A stretch of 64,000 nt of DNA. It comes from Cyanobacteria bacterium P01_D01_bin.156 (GTDB lineage Bacteria > Cyanobacteriota > Cyanobacteriia > Phormidesmidales > Phormidesmidaceae). Positions 1 to 10,921 of this stretch are shown piece by piece (the first letter of the stretch is position 1; each line of letters begins with the position of its first letter). A program made the position numbers and the translations under genes. The stretch spans positions 1 through 64,000 of the forward strand of contig JBCCQQ010000018.1 of assembly GCA_039024555.1 (NCBI GenBank), in the 5' to 3' direction. The notes beneath the pieces were generated by a model. That model was not told the origin of the DNA. It searched no databases and saw only the letters and a list, made by a program, of their open reading frames with translations.

Positions 1-165
1 GGCTTCAATTTCTTCCCAGGTCTCAGCTCCACAGATCACCGCGCAGATCGTCAACGCGACAATATCCAACACTGGATGCTCCACTAGGTAAGCGGTTCGA
101 GGATCTTCGAGGGTTTCAAAATGCGTTAGCAGGGAACCCGACGCACTCTTTGAGTTACCATCCAT
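1..165 (-). CDS. ISAs1-family transposase, N-terminal 55 aa (cut by window edge)
   Basis: Manual translation from ATG at 165: MDGNSKSASGSLLTHFETLEDPRTAYLVEHPVLDIVALTICAVICGAETWEEIEA. This matches the ISAs1 N-terminal pattern (F..L.DPR....H.L.DI.....CAVICGA..W..I). Not in the ORF track. Confidence 0.9.
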   Translation of the reverse strand, partial: MDGNSKSASGSLLTHFETLEDPRTAYLVEHPVLDIVALTICAVICGAETWEEIEA

Positions 166-229
166 TGCCAAGCTCAAATAAAGCGCTGCCTATTCAGTAT
201 CCTGCTTTATGGAGTATGCGTTTGCCCTG
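1..229 (-). mobile_element. Left end of an ISAs1-family insertion sequence (continues beyond window start)
   Basis: Transposase N-terminus at 1-165, plus a terminal inverted repeat reading CAGGGCAAACGCATAC on the minus strand (229-214). ISAs1 ends typically begin CAGGG. Confidence 0.85.
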
Positions 230-247
230 CAGAGTGTAAAAAGTCGA

Positions 248-277
248 TTGACAATAACCCCCTGAAATCGATACGAT
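248..277 (+). promoter_or_regulatory. Sigma70-type promoter of the str operon
   Basis: TTGACA (248-253), 18-nt spacer, TACGAT (272-277), 47 nt upstream of the rpsL ATG. Confidence 0.65.
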
Positions 278-324
278 GGGGTCTTGTGAAAACTTGGAAG
301 CAATAGGCATTTGCCTTTCTCAAT

Positions 325-699
325 ATGCCAACCATTCAACAGTTGATTCGAACTGAGCGTAGTAATGCTCAAAAGAAGACCAAATCTCCAGCACTGAAAA
401 GTTGTCCTCAGCGTCGAGGGGTATGTACACGTGTTTACACGACAACGCCTAAGAAACCCAACTCTGCTTTACGTAAAGTAGCCAGGGTTCGTCTGACCTC
501 TGGGTTTGAGGTCACTGCATATATCCCAGGTATTGGTCATAACCTGCAGGAGCACTCTGTTGTGATGATCCGTGGTGGTCGTGTGAAAGACTTACCTGGT
601 GTTCGATATCATATTATTCGCGGCACGCTTGATACAGCCGGGGTTAAGGATCGTCGGCAAGGTCGTTCTAAATACGGCGCAAAGCGTCCAAAAGAATAG
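325..699 (+). CDS. rpsL: 30S ribosomal protein S12
   Basis: [23 protein letters not shown] and [11 protein letters not shown] motifs. Confidence 0.99.
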   Translation: MPTIQQLIRTERSNAQKKTKSPALKSCPQRRGVCTRVYTTTPKKPNSALRKVARVRLTSGFEVTAYIPGIGHNLQEHSVVMIRGGRVKDLPGVRYHIIRGTLDTAGVKDRRQGRSKYGAKRPKE

Positions 700-706
700 T
701 CGTTTT

Positions 707-774
707 TAGCAGCGCACTACGAAAGATGGGTAGGTGTGGTCCCAACCTTTCGTGTAGTTGCAGTGCGTTCGCTA
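707..774 (+). promoter_or_regulatory. Long bulged stem-loop in the rpsL-rpsG intercistronic region
   Basis: Pairings TAGC/GCTA, AGCGCACT/AGTGCGTT, ACGAAAG/CTTTCGT and GGG/CCC, with an 8-nt 3' bulge. Confidence 0.55.
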
Positions 775-863
775 GTGTAAGCGTCACAAAAATCTCTAGC
801 TAAATGGTGTTGACTTGCAGTCAACCCTTAGTACTCAACTCATACCCAATCTAAGAAACTCTT

Positions 864-1334
864 ATGTCTCGTCGTTCAAGCGCACAAAAGCGTCCTGTTC
901 CTCCTGATTCTGTCTACAGCAGCCGTTTGGTTAGCATGATGGTGCGTCGCATCATGGTCAGTGGCAAAAAGTCTTTGTCTTTGCGTATCGTCTATGGGGC
1001 CTTCAAAATCATTGAGGAACGTACCGGTAACGATCCACTTGAGGTTTTTGAGCAAGCTGTGCGCAATACTACGCCCTTGGTTGAGGTCAAGGCACGTCGT
1101 GTCGGTGGTGCTACTTACCAGGTGCCGATGGAAGTTCGAACTGAGCGTGGTACAGCCCTATCGCTACGCTGGATTTCCCAATTTGCACGTCAGAGAGCTG
1201 GTAAGAGCATGGCTATGAAGCTTGCCAACGAGCTGATGGATGCTGCTAATGAGACAGGCGGTGCCGTTCGTAAGAGAGAGGAGACTCATCGCATGGCAGA
1301 AGCTAACAAAGCCTTTGCGCATTATCGCTATTAA
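864..1334 (+). CDS. rpsG: 30S ribosomal protein S7
   Basis: [11 protein letters not shown] and [15 protein letters not shown]; position in str operon. Confidence 0.99.
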   Translation: MSRRSSAQKRPVPPDSVYSSRLVSMMVRRIMVSGKKSLSLRIVYGAFKIIEERTGNDPLEVFEQAVRNTTPLVEVKARRVGGATYQVPMEVRTERGTALSLRWISQFARQRAGKSMAMKLANELMDAANETGGAVRKREETHRMAEANKAFAHYRY

Positions 1335-1407
1335 GCAATCAACCTCAAGTAATTGACCCATAGCCCCAGCAATACGACTTTTTAGCATGTCGGTTAATTC
1401 TGTAGTC

Positions 1408-3483
1408 ATGGCACGAACTTCTCCACTGGAAAGCATTAGAAACATCGGGATCGCCGCTCACGTTGATGCTGGTAAAACGACGACGACTGAGCGAATCCTT
1501 TTTTATTCTGGTGTTGTTCATAAAATCGGTGAAGTGCATGATGGCAACGCCGTAACCGATTGGATGGAGCAAGAGCAGGAGCGTGGTATCACCATTACAG
1601 CTGCCGCCATCAGTACGAGCTGGCGTGACCACCAAATCAATATTATTGATACTCCTGGTCATGTTGACTTCACCATTGAGGTCGAACGCTCAATGCGTGT
1701 CCTAGACGGTGTGATTGTTGTCTTTGATTCAGTTGGTGGCGTGCAGCCACAGTCTGAAACTGTTTGGCGACAGGCGGATCGCTACAACGTTCCGCGCATT
1801 GCTTTTATAAACAAAATGGACCGTACTGGGGCCAACTTCTTTCGGGTATATGACCAAGTTCGTGAGCGTCTTAAGGCGAATGCTGTTCCTGTTCAAATAC
1901 CCATTGGTGCTGAAGATGGCTTCCAAGGGGTTGTTGATTTAGTTAAAATGCGTGCTCATATTTACACCAATGATTTGGGTACGGATATTCAGGAATCTGA
2001 TGTTCCTGAAGACTTAAAGGAGCAGGCTGATGAATATCGGTCCGTATTACTTGAGGCAATTGCTGACACTGATGATGCCCTTATGGAGAAATACCTGGAG
2101 GGGGAAGAGCTCAGTAGTCAAGAAATCATGACTGCGGTGCGTAAAGGGGTGACGTCTGGCAGTCTAGTGCCTATGTTCTGCGGTTCAGCCTTCAAGAATA
2201 AAGGTGTCCAGCTTTTATTGGATGCTGTGGTTGATTACTTGCCATCACCATTAGACATCCCGCCAATTCAAGGCACATTACCTGATGGAGAGACTGGAGA
2301 AAGGCCACCTGAAGATGATGGCCCTCTCTCTGCTCTAGCATTCAAGATTATGTCCGATCCCTATGGGCGGCTTACTTTTATCCGTATGTACTCTGGTGTT
2401 TTGACTAAGGGTAGCTACGTGTACAACGCCACTAAGGATAAAAAAGAACGGATTTCCCGTCTGATTGTCTTGAAAGCAGATGAGCGTATTGAGGTAAACG
2501 AGCTGCGTTCTGGGGATCTTGGAGCAGTATTGGGACTCAAAGATACTACGACAGGAGACACAATTTGTACGACTGATGCTCCGATTGTGTTAGAGTCCTT
2601 ATTCGTGCCAGAGCCTGTTATATCCGTTGCTGTGGAACCTAAAACTAAGCAGGATATGGAAAAACTGGCTAAAGCCTTACAATCTTTATCTGAGGAAGAT
2701 CCAACGTTTAGGGTATTTACGGACCCCGAGACAAATCAGACAGTGATTGCAGGAATGGGGGAGCTTCACCTGGATATTCTCGTGGATCGTATGAAGCGAG
2801 AATTTAAGGTGGAAGCAAATATTGGCGCACCCCAGGTTGCCTATCGTGAAACTATCCGCAAGGCGGTTTCTACTGAGGGCAAGTTTGTGCGTCAAAGTGG
2901 AGGTAAGGGCCAGTTTGGTCATGTGGTGATTGATGTCGAGCCAGGAGAAGAAGGCTCAGGGTTCGAATTCGAGTCTAAGATTGTTGGTGGAACAGTACCC
3001 AAAGAGTACATCGGTCCTGCTGAAGCTGGCATGAAAGAAAAGTGCGAATCTGGTATCCTAGCTGGGTATCCCGTGATCGACATTAAAGTCACACTGGTTG
3101 ATGGTTCTTACCACGATGTAGACTCATCTGAGATGGCCTTTAAGATCGCTGGATCAATGGCTATTCAAGATGCAGTCACAAAGGCTTCTCCAGTATTGCT
3201 GGAGCCCATGATGAAAATCGAGGTTGAAGCTCCTGAGGAGTTTCTCGGTGATATTATGGGAGACCTGAACTCTCGTCGAGGCCAGATTGAGGGTATGGGG
3301 GCTGAGGACGGACTTACGAAGGTAAGTGCGAACGTACCTTTGGCGGAAATGTTTGGTTATGCTACTGACATCCGTTCAAAAACCCAGGGCCGAGGCATAT
3401 TCTCTATGGAGTTTAGCCACTATGCGGAGGTTCCGCGAAATGTGGCTGATGCGGTTATCGCTAGAAACAAAGGGAACGCATAA
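1408..3483 (+). CDS. fusA: Elongation factor G
   Basis: [27 protein letters not shown] and [13 protein letters not shown]. Start placed at MART (1408); the ORF is open from 1387. Confidence 0.98.
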   Translation: MARTSPLESIRNIGIAAHVDAGKTTTTERILFYSGVVHKIGEVHDGNAVTDWMEQEQERGITITAAAISTSWRDHQINIIDTPGHVDFTIEVERSMRVLDGVIVVFDSVGGVQPQSETVWRQADRYNVPRIAFINKMDRTGANFFRVYDQVRERLKANAVPVQIPIGAEDGFQGVVDLVKMRAHIYTNDLGTDIQESDVPEDLKEQADEYRSVLLEAIADTDDALMEKYLEGEELSSQEIMTAVRKGVTSGSLVPMFCGSAFKNKGVQLLLDAVVDYLPSPLDIPPIQGTLPDGETGERPPEDDGPLSALAFKIMSDPYGRLTFIRMYSGVLTKGSYVYNATKDKKERISRLIVLKADERIEVNELRSGDLGAVLGLKDTTTGDTICTTDAPIVLESLFVPEPVISVAVEPKTKQDMEKLAKALQSLSEEDPTFRVFTDPETNQTVIAGMGELHLDILVDRMKREFKVEANIGAPQVAYRETIRKAVSTEGKFVRQSGGKGQFGHVVIDVEPGEEGSGFEFESKIVGGTVPKEYIGPAEAGMKEKCESGILAGYPVIDIKVTLVDGSYHDVDSSEMAFKIAGSMAIQDAVTKASPVLLEPMMKIEVEAPEEFLGDIMGDLNSRRGQIEGMGAEDGLTKVSANVPLAEMFGYATDIRSKTQGRGIFSMEFSHYAEVPRNVADAVIARNKGNA

Positions 3484-3507
3484 GTAATTTAGGGACACAG
3501 TAAATAC

Positions 3508-4737
3508 ATGGCACGCGAAAAGTTTGAAAGAAGTAAGCCCCACGTTAACATTGGCACCATTGGTCATGTTGACCACGGTAAGACCACTCTAACAGCTGCT
3601 ATTACAATGACTTTAGCCGCAGCAGGTAGTGCTAAAGCTCGTAACTATGAGGATATTGATGCTGCTCCCGAGGAGAAAGCTCGGGGTATCACTATCAATA
3701 CAGCTCACGTAGAGTATGAGACCGAGAGCCGTCATTATGCTCACGTTGACTGCCCTGGACACGCAGATTATGTGAAAAACATGATTACCGGTGCAGCTCA
3801 AATGGATGGTGCTATTCTAGTGTGTTCTGCGGCTGATGGTCCTATGCCTCAGACTCGCGAACATATTTTGCTCTCCAAGCAGGTTGGTGTACCTCATATC
3901 GTTGTCTTCTTGAATAAGGAAGATCAAGTAGACGATGAAGAACTACTTGAACTGGTTGAACTAGAAGTTCGTGAGCTTCTGAGTTCCTACGATTTTCCTG
4001 GCGATGATATTCCTATTGTTGCGGGTTCTGCATTGAAAGCTGTTGAAGCTCTGCAGGCAAACAATAGCCTTGGTAAGGGTGATGATGAGTGGGTAGATAA
4101 AATTCATGCTCTGATGGATCAGGTGGATGAATATATTCCTGCTCCTGAGCGTGACGTTGATAAGCCTTTCTTGATGGCGGTTGAGGACGTTTTCTCAATC
4201 ACTGGTCGTGGTACTGTTGCTACTGGCCGGATTGAGCGTGGCAAGGTTAAAGTTGGCGAGACTATTGAAATTGTTGGTATTCGTGATACCACTGAGAGCA
4301 CTGTGACCGGTGTTGAGATGTTCCAGAAAACTCTCGATGAGGGTATGGCTGGTGATAACGTTGGTGTTCTTTTGCGGGGTATCCAAAAGGAAGATATTCT
4401 ACGCGGCATGGTGCTAGCTAAGCCCAAGAGCATCACTCCTCATACAAAGTTTGAGGCAGAGGTTTATGTTCTCAACAAGGAGGAAGGTGGTCGTCACACT
4501 CCTTTTTTCCCAGGCTATAAGCCTCAATTTTACGTGCGTACCACTGACGTAACTGGCTCTATTGCAAGCTTTACTGCTGATGATGGTAGTGCTGCTGAGA
4601 TGGTTATGCCTGGCGATCGTATCAAAATGACCGTTGAACTTATTAATCCTGTAGCGGTTGAAGAAGGAATGCGTTTTGCAATCCGAGAAGGTGGCCGTAC
4701 TGTAGGTGCTGGTGTGGTTTCCAAAATTACTGAGTAA
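3508..4737 (+). CDS. tuf: Elongation factor Tu
   Basis: [17 protein letters not shown] and [13 protein letters not shown]. Confidence 0.99.
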   Translation: MAREKFERSKPHVNIGTIGHVDHGKTTLTAAITMTLAAAGSAKARNYEDIDAAPEEKARGITINTAHVEYETESRHYAHVDCPGHADYVKNMITGAAQMDGAILVCSAADGPMPQTREHILLSKQVGVPHIVVFLNKEDQVDDEELLELVELEVRELLSSYDFPGDDIPIVAGSALKAVEALQANNSLGKGDDEWVDKIHALMDQVDEYIPAPERDVDKPFLMAVEDVFSITGRGTVATGRIERGKVKVGETIEIVGIRDTTESTVTGVEMFQKTLDEGMAGDNVGVLLRGIQKEDILRGMVLAKPKSITPHTKFEAEVYVLNKEEGGRHTPFFPGYKPQFYVRTTDVTGSIASFTADDGSAAEMVMPGDRIKMTVELINPVAVEEGMRFAIREGGRTVGAGVVSKITE

Positions 4738-4765
4738 TTTTTGCGAAGTTACTTCCTTCAGAGCT

Positions 4766-4802
4766 TTAGAGGGGGGATGTTAAAACAGCTTCCTCCCTCT
4801 AA
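4766..4802 (+). terminator. Stem-loop after tuf (partial terminator or mRNA stabiliser)
   Basis: TTAGAGGGGGGA...TCCTCCCTCTAA inverted repeat; no strong U tract. Confidence 0.5.
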
Positions 4803-4853
4803 TCAGGTCTCTTGACCTTTGAACCTTGATAATTGAACAACTCTTAAGTCACC

Positions 4854-5171
4854 ATGGCTACTATTCAGCAGCAAAAGATTCGTATCCGCTTAAAGGCATT
4901 TGATCGTCGCCTTCTCGATACATCTTGTGAAAAAATTGTAGATACTGCTAATCGAACCAACGCTACTGCAATTGGTCCGATTCCATTACCTACCAAGCGT
5001 AAAATTTATTGTGTCTTACGCTCCCCCCACGTTAATAAGGACTCTAGAGAGCATTTTGAGACTCGAACTCATCGACGAATTATTGATATTTATCAGCCGA
5101 CTTCTAAGACCATTGATGCCTTAATGAAGCTAGATCTTCCTGCAGGTGTAGATATTGAAGTGAAGCTCTAA
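4854..5171 (+). CDS. rpsJ: 30S ribosomal protein S10
   Basis: [17 protein letters not shown] and [14 protein letters not shown]. Confidence 0.99.
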   Translation: MATIQQQKIRIRLKAFDRRLLDTSCEKIVDTANRTNATAIGPIPLPTKRKIYCVLRSPHVNKDSREHFETRTHRRIIDIYQPTSKTIDALMKLDLPAGVDIEVKL

Positions 5172-5224
5172 AGAATATCTAATGTCGAAGTATTGATACT
5201 TTACTGAGTACCTAGTAGTTTTTT

Positions 5225-5270
5225 GAAATGCCTGAACGTCTCTTAGATGTGATGTTCGGGTGTTTTCTTT
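5225..5270 (+). terminator. Intrinsic terminator of the str operon
   Basis: GAAATGCCTGAACGTC / GATGTTCGGGTGTTTT stem followed by a T-rich tract. Confidence 0.65.
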
Positions 5271-5393
5271 ATATAGCTGCTTAAGCTCCGCCTGTTGTAA
5301 GCGAATGAATGAGTTACTATAAAATTACATACAAGTGAAAGGCATGATACGGGCCTACGCAGTGTATGAATCAAAGTATTTCACACCTACCAT

Positions 5394-6050
5394 ATGGATT
5401 CTGCTTCATCAGTTGCTGTTCGAGAGCTACCTCTATTTCCTTTACCCGAGTTAGTTCTTTTTCCTGGTAGGCACTTGCCACTTCATATTTTTGAGTTTCG
5501 TTATCGCATCATGATGAATACGATTCTCCAATCGGATCGTCGTTTTGGTGTGCTTATGATTGATCCCGATAGTGGTGAAATATCCAAGATTGGTTGTTGT
5601 GCAGAAGTTGTTCATTTTCAGCGTCTTCCAGATGATCGTATGAAAATGCTAACTATGGGCCAGCAAAGGTTTCGAGTTCTGGATTACGTGCGTGAAAAGC
5701 CCTATCGCGTTGGTTTAGTTGAGTGGATTGAGGATGAATTATCCGATAAAGATTTAGCCCCTCTAGCATCGGAAGTTGACCGGTTGTTGAGAGATGTTGT
5801 TTATCTTTCTTCTAAGTTGACTAGCCAAGACATAGAGGTGCCTGAGAGTGTTCCGGAGTTACCATTGGAGCTTTCGTATTGGATTGCGAGTACTTTACAT
5901 GGTGTAGCTAAAGAGCAGCAGCAGTTGCTGGAGATGCAAAACACAGCTCAGCGTTTGGAACGAGAGGCAGATATTCTAACGTCTACTCGCAATCACCTAG
6001 CAGCACGTACTGCTCTCAAAGATGTTCTACCTGAAGATAGCCCTTCATAG
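5394..6050 (+). CDS. Lon N-terminal substrate-binding domain protein (no ATPase or protease domain)
   Basis: ELPLFPLPELVLFPG...LHIFEFRYRIM; typical cyanobacterial position after rpsJ. Confidence 0.9.
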   Translation: MDSASSVAVRELPLFPLPELVLFPGRHLPLHIFEFRYRIMMNTILQSDRRFGVLMIDPDSGEISKIGCCAEVVHFQRLPDDRMKMLTMGQQRFRVLDYVREKPYRVGLVEWIEDELSDKDLAPLASEVDRLLRDVVYLSSKLTSQDIEVPESVPELPLELSYWIASTLHGVAKEQQQLLEMQNTAQRLEREADILTSTRNHLAARTALKDVLPEDSPS

Positions 6051-6067
6051 CAAAGTGGCCGTTGATT

Positions 6068-6913
6068 CTAGGGCATCTGGACTTGTATTTGCTCGTAACT
6101 GCCAAAAATTTTTAAGCTCTTTGTGCAGTTTCTTAGAAGTTGAAGCGCTGCCTGTGTATTGGGGTCGTCAAGGCTTGCTTCGATATCGATAAAAAAACGA
6201 TAGTCTCCCAGGGCTAACTTAGTAGGTCGAGATTCAATACGGTTCATATTAATACCTTGAGTTGCAAATAGCTGTAGAGGTTTTAGGAGCGCGCCTGGTG
6301 AATTATCGGGTAGCCTGAACGCTATCGATGTATGGCTACCATGGTGATTTAGATTGCGGCTTAGAATCCAAAATCGTGTTTCATTTTCTGGATTGTCATT
6401 AATGGGGGTGGCCAGTATGGGTAAGTTGTATAATCTGGCTGCCCACACCGGTGCGATCGCTGCCAGCGTGTTGTCCTGAGATAGCCTTGGTAGAGCCTCA
6501 GTTGTAGAACTTGTTGCAACTTGTAAGGCATCAGGTAGGTGATTTTCTAGCCACTTCTGACATTGACTGAGCGCTTGAGGATGTGAATATACTGTTTGAA
6601 TACTTTCACAGCCTATTGCATTGGAAAGAAGAGCGTGATGAATTGGGATGACAAGGTTATTTTGGATCTTTAAACTATCTAATTCCCACAACATGTCGAG
6701 GGTATCTCGAACGCTACCACCAATCGAATTTTCTACAGGTACTACAGCAGCGTCTACTTTGCCGTAAGCTGCTGCTTGAATAGCTTTAGTAATAGTGCTG
6801 TACGCTTGCAACGTACAGGCTTGGTTATGGTGTGCCTCTAGCCAATGAGCATAGTTAGTTGCTGCCAGCTCAGAATAGCTTCCCGAAGGGCCTAGGTGGG
6901 CGATAGAAATCAT
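6068..6913 (-). CDS. pheA: Prephenate dehydratase
   Basis: LGPSGSYS, VPVENSIGG, SHPQALSQC, NETRF, and ACT-domain IESRP. Confidence 0.96.
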   Translation of the reverse strand: MISIAHLGPSGSYSELAATNYAHWLEAHHNQACTLQAYSTITKAIQAAAYGKVDAAVVPVENSIGGSVRDTLDMLWELDSLKIQNNLVIPIHHALLSNAIGCESIQTVYSHPQALSQCQKWLENHLPDALQVATSSTTEALPRLSQDNTLAAIAPVWAARLYNLPILATPINDNPENETRFWILSRNLNHHGSHTSIAFRLPDNSPGALLKPLQLFATQGINMNRIESRPTKLALGDYRFFIDIEASLDDPNTQAALQLLRNCTKSLKIFGSYEQIQVQMP

Positions 6914-7110
6914 CTAGAAAGATATAAATCAGCATCAACAACCTCAGAAATAAAGGTGTTAGAGTTAGCTTAATAGGTTTTCGCATCACCGCGGTGAAGG
7001 GTGCAAAAATCTAATTTTAGTCATGTTGGGAGACGACTCAGACCATGGGAACTTTATACATGAGTCTTGTTGTTATGTATCTAATGCGACCTTGGGGTGA
7101 AATTGACTGA

Positions 7111-7653
7111 ATGGTTCATTTGCACGCGTCGCAATCCGTTGAAATTGTGATTTCCCCTGCCCCTGTGCCTATTCGCCAGTATTTGAGCAATACTAATCGG
7201 CTAGTTTATTCTCTTGCTGATCCAAGCCAAATTAAGGTTTTAGGAGAGCACAGGTTTGAGTTTAGTATGCATCCCATCAAATTTTTGATGCTCACATTAG
7301 AGCCTGTTGCTGACGTCGCAATCTATCCTAATGAATATGACAAGGTTATTATTTACTCGGATGCTTGTCGTTTGCGTAATCAAGCGTCACTCAACAAGCG
7401 ATTTTCGTTCAAGCTTCAGGGGTGGTTAGCCGCTCAGCCTGACAACTCTGGAGTATATGGGAATGCCGAATTAGATATTACTATCGACCTGCCCCCAGCC
7501 TTTAAGTTAACGCCTACATCACTGTTAGAATCTACAGGTAATACAGTTGTCAGTGGTATTTTAAGTGCCATTAAACGACGTTTACAACGTCGTTTAATGC
7601 ATGAGTATAAGAGCTGGGTAAGTGGTATTTTAGCTTCACCACAAATCCACTAA
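7111..7653 (+). CDS. DUF1997-like protein
   Basis: Resembles the cyanobacterial/plant DUF1997 family (LPPAFKLTP..LLESTGN....IL..IKRRL...L..EY..W). Confidence 0.75.
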   Translation: MVHLHASQSVEIVISPAPVPIRQYLSNTNRLVYSLADPSQIKVLGEHRFEFSMHPIKFLMLTLEPVADVAIYPNEYDKVIIYSDACRLRNQASLNKRFSFKLQGWLAAQPDNSGVYGNAELDITIDLPPAFKLTPTSLLESTGNTVVSGILSAIKRRLQRRLMHEYKSWVSGILASPQIH

Positions 7654-7669
7654 CTTAGTGGATTTGTGG
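7639..7669. terminator. Perfect 15-bp inverted repeat over the DUF1997 stop codon; possible bidirectional terminator
   Basis: CCACAAATCCACTAA-C-TTAGTGGATTTGTGG between convergent genes. Confidence 0.55.
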
Positions 7670-7791
7670 CAGCCTTAATTAGTAATTGATGCTTCAAGAT
7701 GACAAAAGGCTAAAACCCTCTGCAATGCGTTGCAAAAAAAGATTTGACATTTCCAAAAAAATCATTTCTAGGAGTAACGTAGACTAGCCCA

Positions 7792-8373
7792 TTAACGATA
7801 TTGACGGCAACTTTTAAAGGAACGACGATGGTACCTAGTGGGGCCTAGTGCCTTCAATCCTGCTAAATGTCTTGGACTACCATAACCTTTATTGGAAGCA
7901 AGATCGTATCCTGGATAGCGATGTGATAGGCGCACAATGAGCTTATCTCGCCATACCTTCGCCAAAATACTGGCAGCTGCGATCTCAATTACCCGCTGAT
8001 CACCCTTCACAATAGTTTGTTGCTCAATTCCTAAATCAGGAATCTGCTGATTACCATCTACTAAACACCTAGTAGGTAGGGTAGATAACTGATTGATAGA
8101 TTTTGCCATTGCTTTTAAAGAAGCCTGCAAAATGTTTAGACGGTCGATTTGGCGCACCGAAACCCAGCCAATTTGAGCATCAATTGCATTAGTCCGGATA
8201 ACCGATACTAGCTGCTCACGTTTCTTAGGTGTAAGCGCTTTGCTATCAACAACACCTTGTTGTTCTAGCCATTCACATTTATTAGGCTGCAATATCACGG
8301 CTGCAGCAACAACAGGACCGAACAAAGCTCCCCGCCCTACTTCATCAACACCAGCTACTATAGTAGCTATCAT
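7792..8373 (-). CDS. rnhB: Ribonuclease HII
   Basis: GVDEVGRG, DSKAL, IAAASILAKVWRD and NKGYG. Confidence 0.97.
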   Translation of the reverse strand: MIATIVAGVDEVGRGALFGPVVAAAVILQPNKCEWLEQQGVVDSKALTPKKREQLVSVIRTNAIDAQIGWVSVRQIDRLNILQASLKAMAKSINQLSTLPTRCLVDGNQQIPDLGIEQQTIVKGDQRVIEIAAASILAKVWRDKLIVRLSHRYPGYDLASNKGYGSPRHLAGLKALGPTRYHRRSFKSCRQYR

Positions 8374-10410
8374 CTAACTGCTGACTGACGTAGCAGAAGA
8401 GCGACGACGGCGGCGGCGACGAGTATTGGGATTCGTGGATGGTAAAGCAGCATCTGGGATCTCACTACCCTCGACATCTTCGTTAATTTCAAGGTTTGGT
8501 ATAGTCTGGACTTCAGGATGTTTATCCTCAGGTAATGTTGACTCAAGTACTACAACATTGTCTTTGCCGTCACTCATATCTGTAGTGTTTGGATTGCTCA
8601 CCCTACTTGGAAGACCGTCTTTTCCGGCTTCGGGAGCAGGTAGTTGTGGTTCCTCTCCAGGTAAGACTACTGAAACCACAATATTCCTTGAATCTTTAAG
8701 TTCTTCGTGGCTTAAAACTAGAGGAGAAACTCCCATCTCAGCATAAATTCTCTGTTCATCCGGTGTTAAGGCGACCGTCACAACTTTGGGCGGGACTTCT
8801 GGTTTACGACCGCGACCACGAGAACGCTTACCCCGTATGACAGTGTCTGTAGGTGCCTCCTCTCGGACAGTTTCAGCACCCAAAGCAGGTGCTGAGCTGA
8901 TTATAGAATTACCGTTGTTGCCATTGTTGACAAGTTTGGGAGGAGCGGCAGGTGAACGCCCACTGCGGCTACCAGGTCCGTCACTACGACGACGACGACG
9001 GCGACCACGACCATTGGCTTTATCCTGATAGTCAGGATGATTCATCAGCTCAAGAGTCTTAAGATTTTGATCTGGTTCCAGGCTCTCTGAGCGCTCTTGA
9101 CGTACGCCTCGAGGTGTTGGCAAGGGAACTACTCGATTTGCTACAGCCGATTGCTGTACTTCAACAGGTGCCTCTCCAGGGAGTTGTACAAGGTGCCCTA
9201 AGCCACCACAAGCGGGACAAGGAATACCAAATAACTCGTATACATTTTGGCCTTGGCGTTTACGAGTTAACTCTACTAGCCCTAACTCAGAGAGCTGTGT
9301 AATTTGAGGTCGCGCCTTGTCTGCCTGCAGTGCTTTGCCAAAGTGCTCTAGAACTTGCATCTGATCACGCCTTGACTCCATATCAATAAAGTCAACGACA
9401 ATCACTCCAGCAACGTTGCGTAGTCGCAGTTGACGAGCAATTTCAACCGCAGCTTCGCAGTTAGTCCAAAGAACGGTTTCACGGGCAGTTGCAGAACGTG
9501 TAAATGAGCCGGAGTTAACATCAATTACTGTTAATGCCTCAGTAGGCTCAATGATGATATAACCTCCAGAAGGTAGATCAACCCTTGGCTTCAAAGCCTC
9601 ACGGATCGCTGCATTGACTCGAAAATATTCTAAGATCGGTGGTGACGTTGTTCGGTGATGATCAACTAAGACTCCGACGGGTAACCGGCCATCACTCCAA
9701 CTTGACAAGTGTTGTTTGACCCGCTGCATTCCAATATCTGAATCAGTCACAATGCGATTAACATCAGCATTGTAGACATCGCGCAGTACTCGCTGGATAA
9801 AGTCATCATCACGATTTAGTAAGGCGGGAGGGCGAGTTGCCATTGCCTCTTGCTGAATCATCTCCCAGCGTTTTTGCAAGGCTGCTAAATCTTCAATAAT
9901 CGCCTCTTCAGAGACACCTTCCGCTTCCGTACGTACTAGCAAACCCATCCCAGGTGGCTTTGTTAGAATGCCAAGGGCTCGTAGCCGATGGCGCTCTACT
10001 TCATTACGGATGCGACGTGATAGATTTACTCCTCGACCATAAGGCATAAGGACTAAGTATCGTCCTGGCAATGTAATTTTTCCTGTGAGCCTCGGCCCTT
10101 TATTGCCTGTTGGCTCTTTCATAATTTGCACTAAGACCTTTTGCTTCGGTGCAACTAATTCAGTAATTGGCCCCGGTGCCCGTTTTAGCTTCAAGGGGCC
10201 TAAATCAGACACATGCATAAAGCCATTACGTTCACTGTCACCAATATTGATGAAGGCTGCATCAATGCCAGACAGGACGTTTTCAACTGTGCCTACGTAA
10301 ATGTCACCAACTTGGTGGCTACCAGTAGCCACAATTAGCTCTTGAATTTGCTCTTCTGAAAAAACGGCGGCAGTACGATGCTGCTCCGCAATAATAATCT
10401 GCTTAGGCAT
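8374..10410 (-). CDS. rne: Ribonuclease E (cyanobacterial type)
   Basis: S1 domain, TVIDVNSG, GVIVVDFIDM, CPACGGLG Zn-link and disordered tail ending RRRRRRSSA. The stop codon directly abuts the rnhB ATG. Confidence 0.97.
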   Translation of the reverse strand: MPKQIIIAEQHRTAAVFSEEQIQELIVATGSHQVGDIYVGTVENVLSGIDAAFINIGDSERNGFMHVSDLGPLKLKRAPGPITELVAPKQKVLVQIMKEPTGNKGPRLTGKITLPGRYLVLMPYGRGVNLSRRIRNEVERHRLRALGILTKPPGMGLLVRTEAEGVSEEAIIEDLAALQKRWEMIQQEAMATRPPALLNRDDDFIQRVLRDVYNADVNRIVTDSDIGMQRVKQHLSSWSDGRLPVGVLVDHHRTTSPPILEYFRVNAAIREALKPRVDLPSGGYIIIEPTEALTVIDVNSGSFTRSATARETVLWTNCEAAVEIARQLRLRNVAGVIVVDFIDMESRRDQMQVLEHFGKALQADKARPQITQLSELGLVELTRKRQGQNVYELFGIPCPACGGLGHLVQLPGEAPVEVQQSAVANRVVPLPTPRGVRQERSESLEPDQNLKTLELMNHPDYQDKANGRGRRRRRRSDGPGSRSGRSPAAPPKLVNNGNNGNSIISSAPALGAETVREEAPTDTVIRGKRSRGRGRKPEVPPKVVTVALTPDEQRIYAEMGVSPLVLSHEELKDSRNIVVSVVLPGEEPQLPAPEAGKDGLPSRVSNPNTTDMSDGKDNVVVLESTLPEDKHPEVQTIPNLEINEDVEGSEIPDAALPSTNPNTRRRRRRRSSATSVSS

Positions 10411-10921
10411 TCAATTTCCTCAAAGACCCATGTTGCCAACCCAACAGTTGCGGGGGCGACATACATAAGCTCAACGATTAATCCTTTTAAATTCGAACTA
10501 GCTACTCAAACCTAAAATTTTGGTACCTTAGCTAAGGTCAACCAGACTAAGTTAAGGTCGAAGGCAGAATACAGAGAAAACCGCAGGAATCAAAAAACTT
10601 CACTGCTGTACATTAAGAAGTGACGTTTGAATAAGTCCGATGTAAGAGTGCTGAAACACGAAGAAAAACGCAAACAATGCTATTACATTGAAATTACGTA
10701 CGCTTCTGAGAATAGGTTGCTTAACACTCGCTGTTTGTTGAGCCACAGCTAACAAACTCTGTAGCTATCCTACGGCAGCTTCAGTTGCAATGGATTATAG
10801 CTTGAGCTTGTCCATATGACTAGGATTTTAAGACTATTATTTCATTTCTTTAAAGGTCATCCTATTATTGCTGACAAACTGGCCCAATACATATGACAGA
10901 TCTCACTCACTACTGATTGCT

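Noticed and set aside
190..372. 60-aa minus-strand ORF
   Set aside because: Spans the IS end, the str promoter and the rpsL start; no protein-like features.
961..4724. Overlapping and antisense ORFs within rpsG, fusA and tuf, and similar ones inside rne, rnj, asd, tig, clpX, trxA, guaB, STAS and sigA
   Set aside because: These are shadows of codon bias in well-identified genes and show no recognisable motifs.
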